Source of the DNA: Lama glama | Taxonomy: Eukaryota | Direction: 5' to 3' | Assembly: GCA_028534125.1 (NCBI GenBank) | Contig: CM052849.1 | Coordinates: 8,618,001-8,682,000 of the forward strand | Length of the DNA: 64,000 bases | Shown: one piece after another, positions 62,111-64,000 of the stretch | How the letters are laid out: each line of letters begins with the position of its first letter | How positions within the stretch are numbered: position 1 is the first letter of the stretch | Translations under genes and position numbers: made by a program | The notes under the pieces: model-generated | Told to the model about the DNA's origin: nothing | What the model saw: the letters and a program-made list of their open reading frames with translations, nothing else | Databases searched by the model: none

Positions 62111-64000
62111 GGGAACTACCGCCTTGGGAGAGGAACACCAAAGGAAATGAACAGAGGGAGACGGACGCCTCGAAGGAAATGGACAGACAGGTGAGTTAGC
62201 TATTGGGACTTCCAGGTAAAACATGTCTGTCTGGCTCATTTCTCTTTGCCTTGCCCAAATCCCAAAGGAACTAAGAGGTATTAGTTTCCTAAGGATGAAC
62301 AAGTCATTAGAGAAAATAATTTCTGGACCAGGAGACGAAGGAACGGAAAATGCCAAAACTGGTGTCTGCAAAGAAGAGACATACAAGATGGACTGATCCA
62401 CCCAATGGGGCCTGCAGCCGCAGCTCCCAGGAAGGTGGGTGCATGGTGAGGCAGAAAGGTGGAGTCTGTGATTATAGCCTACTGTATACTCAGTCCTCCA
62501 CTCAACACAATCTCCAGTGTGTACAGGTCTAAGGCTATTCTGTAGTTGGAGTTGCAGCCAGACACTAGAATTCCAGACACTGTTCAAGACCTAGAGACGC
62601 AGAAGATGCAACACTTAAACCGAAGGACCCTCCGCCCTCTCCCTGCTACCAAGAACCCTTGCCAAGGTCATGCTTTCATCTCCACTGCCTGGTTAGTCTG
62701 CATCCTTGATCTCGTAAACCCTTCAGCCCGTTTGACTGCAGAGATGCTGCCCACGGAAGCAGGAGGTAGCTTGTACAGAGAAACAGGAGAAACAGCCCTT
62801 AAACCCAATTCTGAATCTCACTTGACTTGCTGGTTGACCTCATGAACTTTGTAAAGTGAGGATTCCACCACCTACCTGGTGGGACTGAGGCAGATTAGCA
62901 GATTGTGTCAGCACCTGGAGACCCAGTCACAAGACCACCCCATCATTTCAGAGAAGTACTTAGGTGCAGAGTGAGTTGCCTACTTGAACGACTAAGATGC
63001 TTTCTACTTCACCCTCTTGTCTGTCTAGCTTAGACCTGACACTGACTATAGAGTCATGGATAGATGATGGAACAGACTTCAGAACACACTGAATTTCAAT
63101 GCCTTTGGCTATTTAGAACTCCATTATTCAAAAATATTCAGTTTACCTTGCTTAAGGTACCAAGGCTACCTTTGCAACAGTGCTGGGGCGCTCCAGTGAC
63201 ATTGAAAGGAAGTCTACGTGAAGCCAGACCCACCTGGGATTAAAGTTGTGGTTCATCCATCGCCAGATAATTGCATGTTGCCTATTTTAGCACAAAATGC
63301 CTCCAATATTGAATACCCATAATAATTGGAAGTGTTACCCTTTGGAAGGGTCACCAGTGGCTTTTTTTTTTTTAAGCAAGAGTAAGAGCACCAAGCATGG
63401 ACTTTCAAAGAGCCCCCCTCTTGGTATCATTCACTGGAGCCCCTCAAGGTACCTTTGCCTTTAGGTTTCTTGCTTTAATATGTTTATCTCATTTTCCCCA
63501 AAGGTGTCCGGTAAAGCTCAGATATATTCTAAGTCTGGGTCAAGGTCACAATTCCTTGCGATGTTAGGGTCAAACTGCTTGCTCTCCAGCCCTTCCTTTC
63601 TCATTAGACCCTAAATACACACAGCATTCAAGTAATGGCCTCTGTGAAATGGGATCAAGAATGGCCAAGAAAGAAGTTGTTCAGAGTCCTACAGAGGCAG
63701 GAATAGTACTCAGGCTTAAATCTTAGCCCAACATTTGCAAGCAGGTAGAAAGAACAGCATCTTATCGCCATAGAAACAGCCTGGTACGTGATTGGTGCTC
63801 AAGTGTTCAGACCAAAGGATACCAAGTGTCCGTCTGGAACTAGATATGTCACCCCCTGGAAAAAAGTTTTTTTTCCAGACCAAACTGCTACCCCACGGCA
63901 GGGACCCTATGGGAGGTCTTTCAGATTCGATTGACATCTTGTTTTTTGGTCTTCGGCAGCTCTCCCGAAGCTGTCCATCCCCTGCCCCCCTCCTGTTCTG

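Noticed and set aside
63764-63797. MHC class II-like X-Y module
   Set aside because: X-to-Y spacing is only about 6 bp rather than about 19-20 bp, and I see no S box.
1-64000. Prokaryotic-type systems (CRISPR, operons, defence islands) or assignment to a named human locus
   Set aside because: The sequence is mammalian, with no repeat-spacer array or gene-dense structure, and no recognisable exon anchors a locus name.

Overview
This window is mammalian nuclear DNA, very probably from a camelid (camel, alpaca or llama), judged from two copies of a tRNA-derived SINE that match the Vic-1 family as I recall it. I recognise no intact protein-coding gene, rRNA, tRNA or CRISPR array. The many short ORFs in the track are what GC-rich non-coding DNA gives by chance, and many start at GTG/TTG or lie in repeats. 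The window is gene-poor (intergenic or a long intron) and full of ancient eutherian repeats: MIR, L2, L1M, MaLR/ERVL/ERV1 LTRs, and MER5/MER3/MER20/MER63/Tigger2 DNA transposons. It also holds a decayed gag-deleted class I ERV (about 41.25-43.1 kb), a U2 snRNA fragment and a 238-N assembly gap. Between the repeats are several motif-dense islands that look regulatory: a near-perfect CTCF site, RFX X-boxes, and TCF, PBX-HOX, Maf, C/EBP and NF-kB motifs. The best leads are (i) a minus-strand TATA+Inr promoter next to a small CpG island at about 53.1-53.8 kb, which may drive an unannotated, probably non-coding transcript, and (ii) a roughly 43-bp micro-inversion inside a MER20. I see no evidence of a new multi-gene system. 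Repeat names come from recalled consensus sequences, not a database search, and repeat boundaries are approximate.
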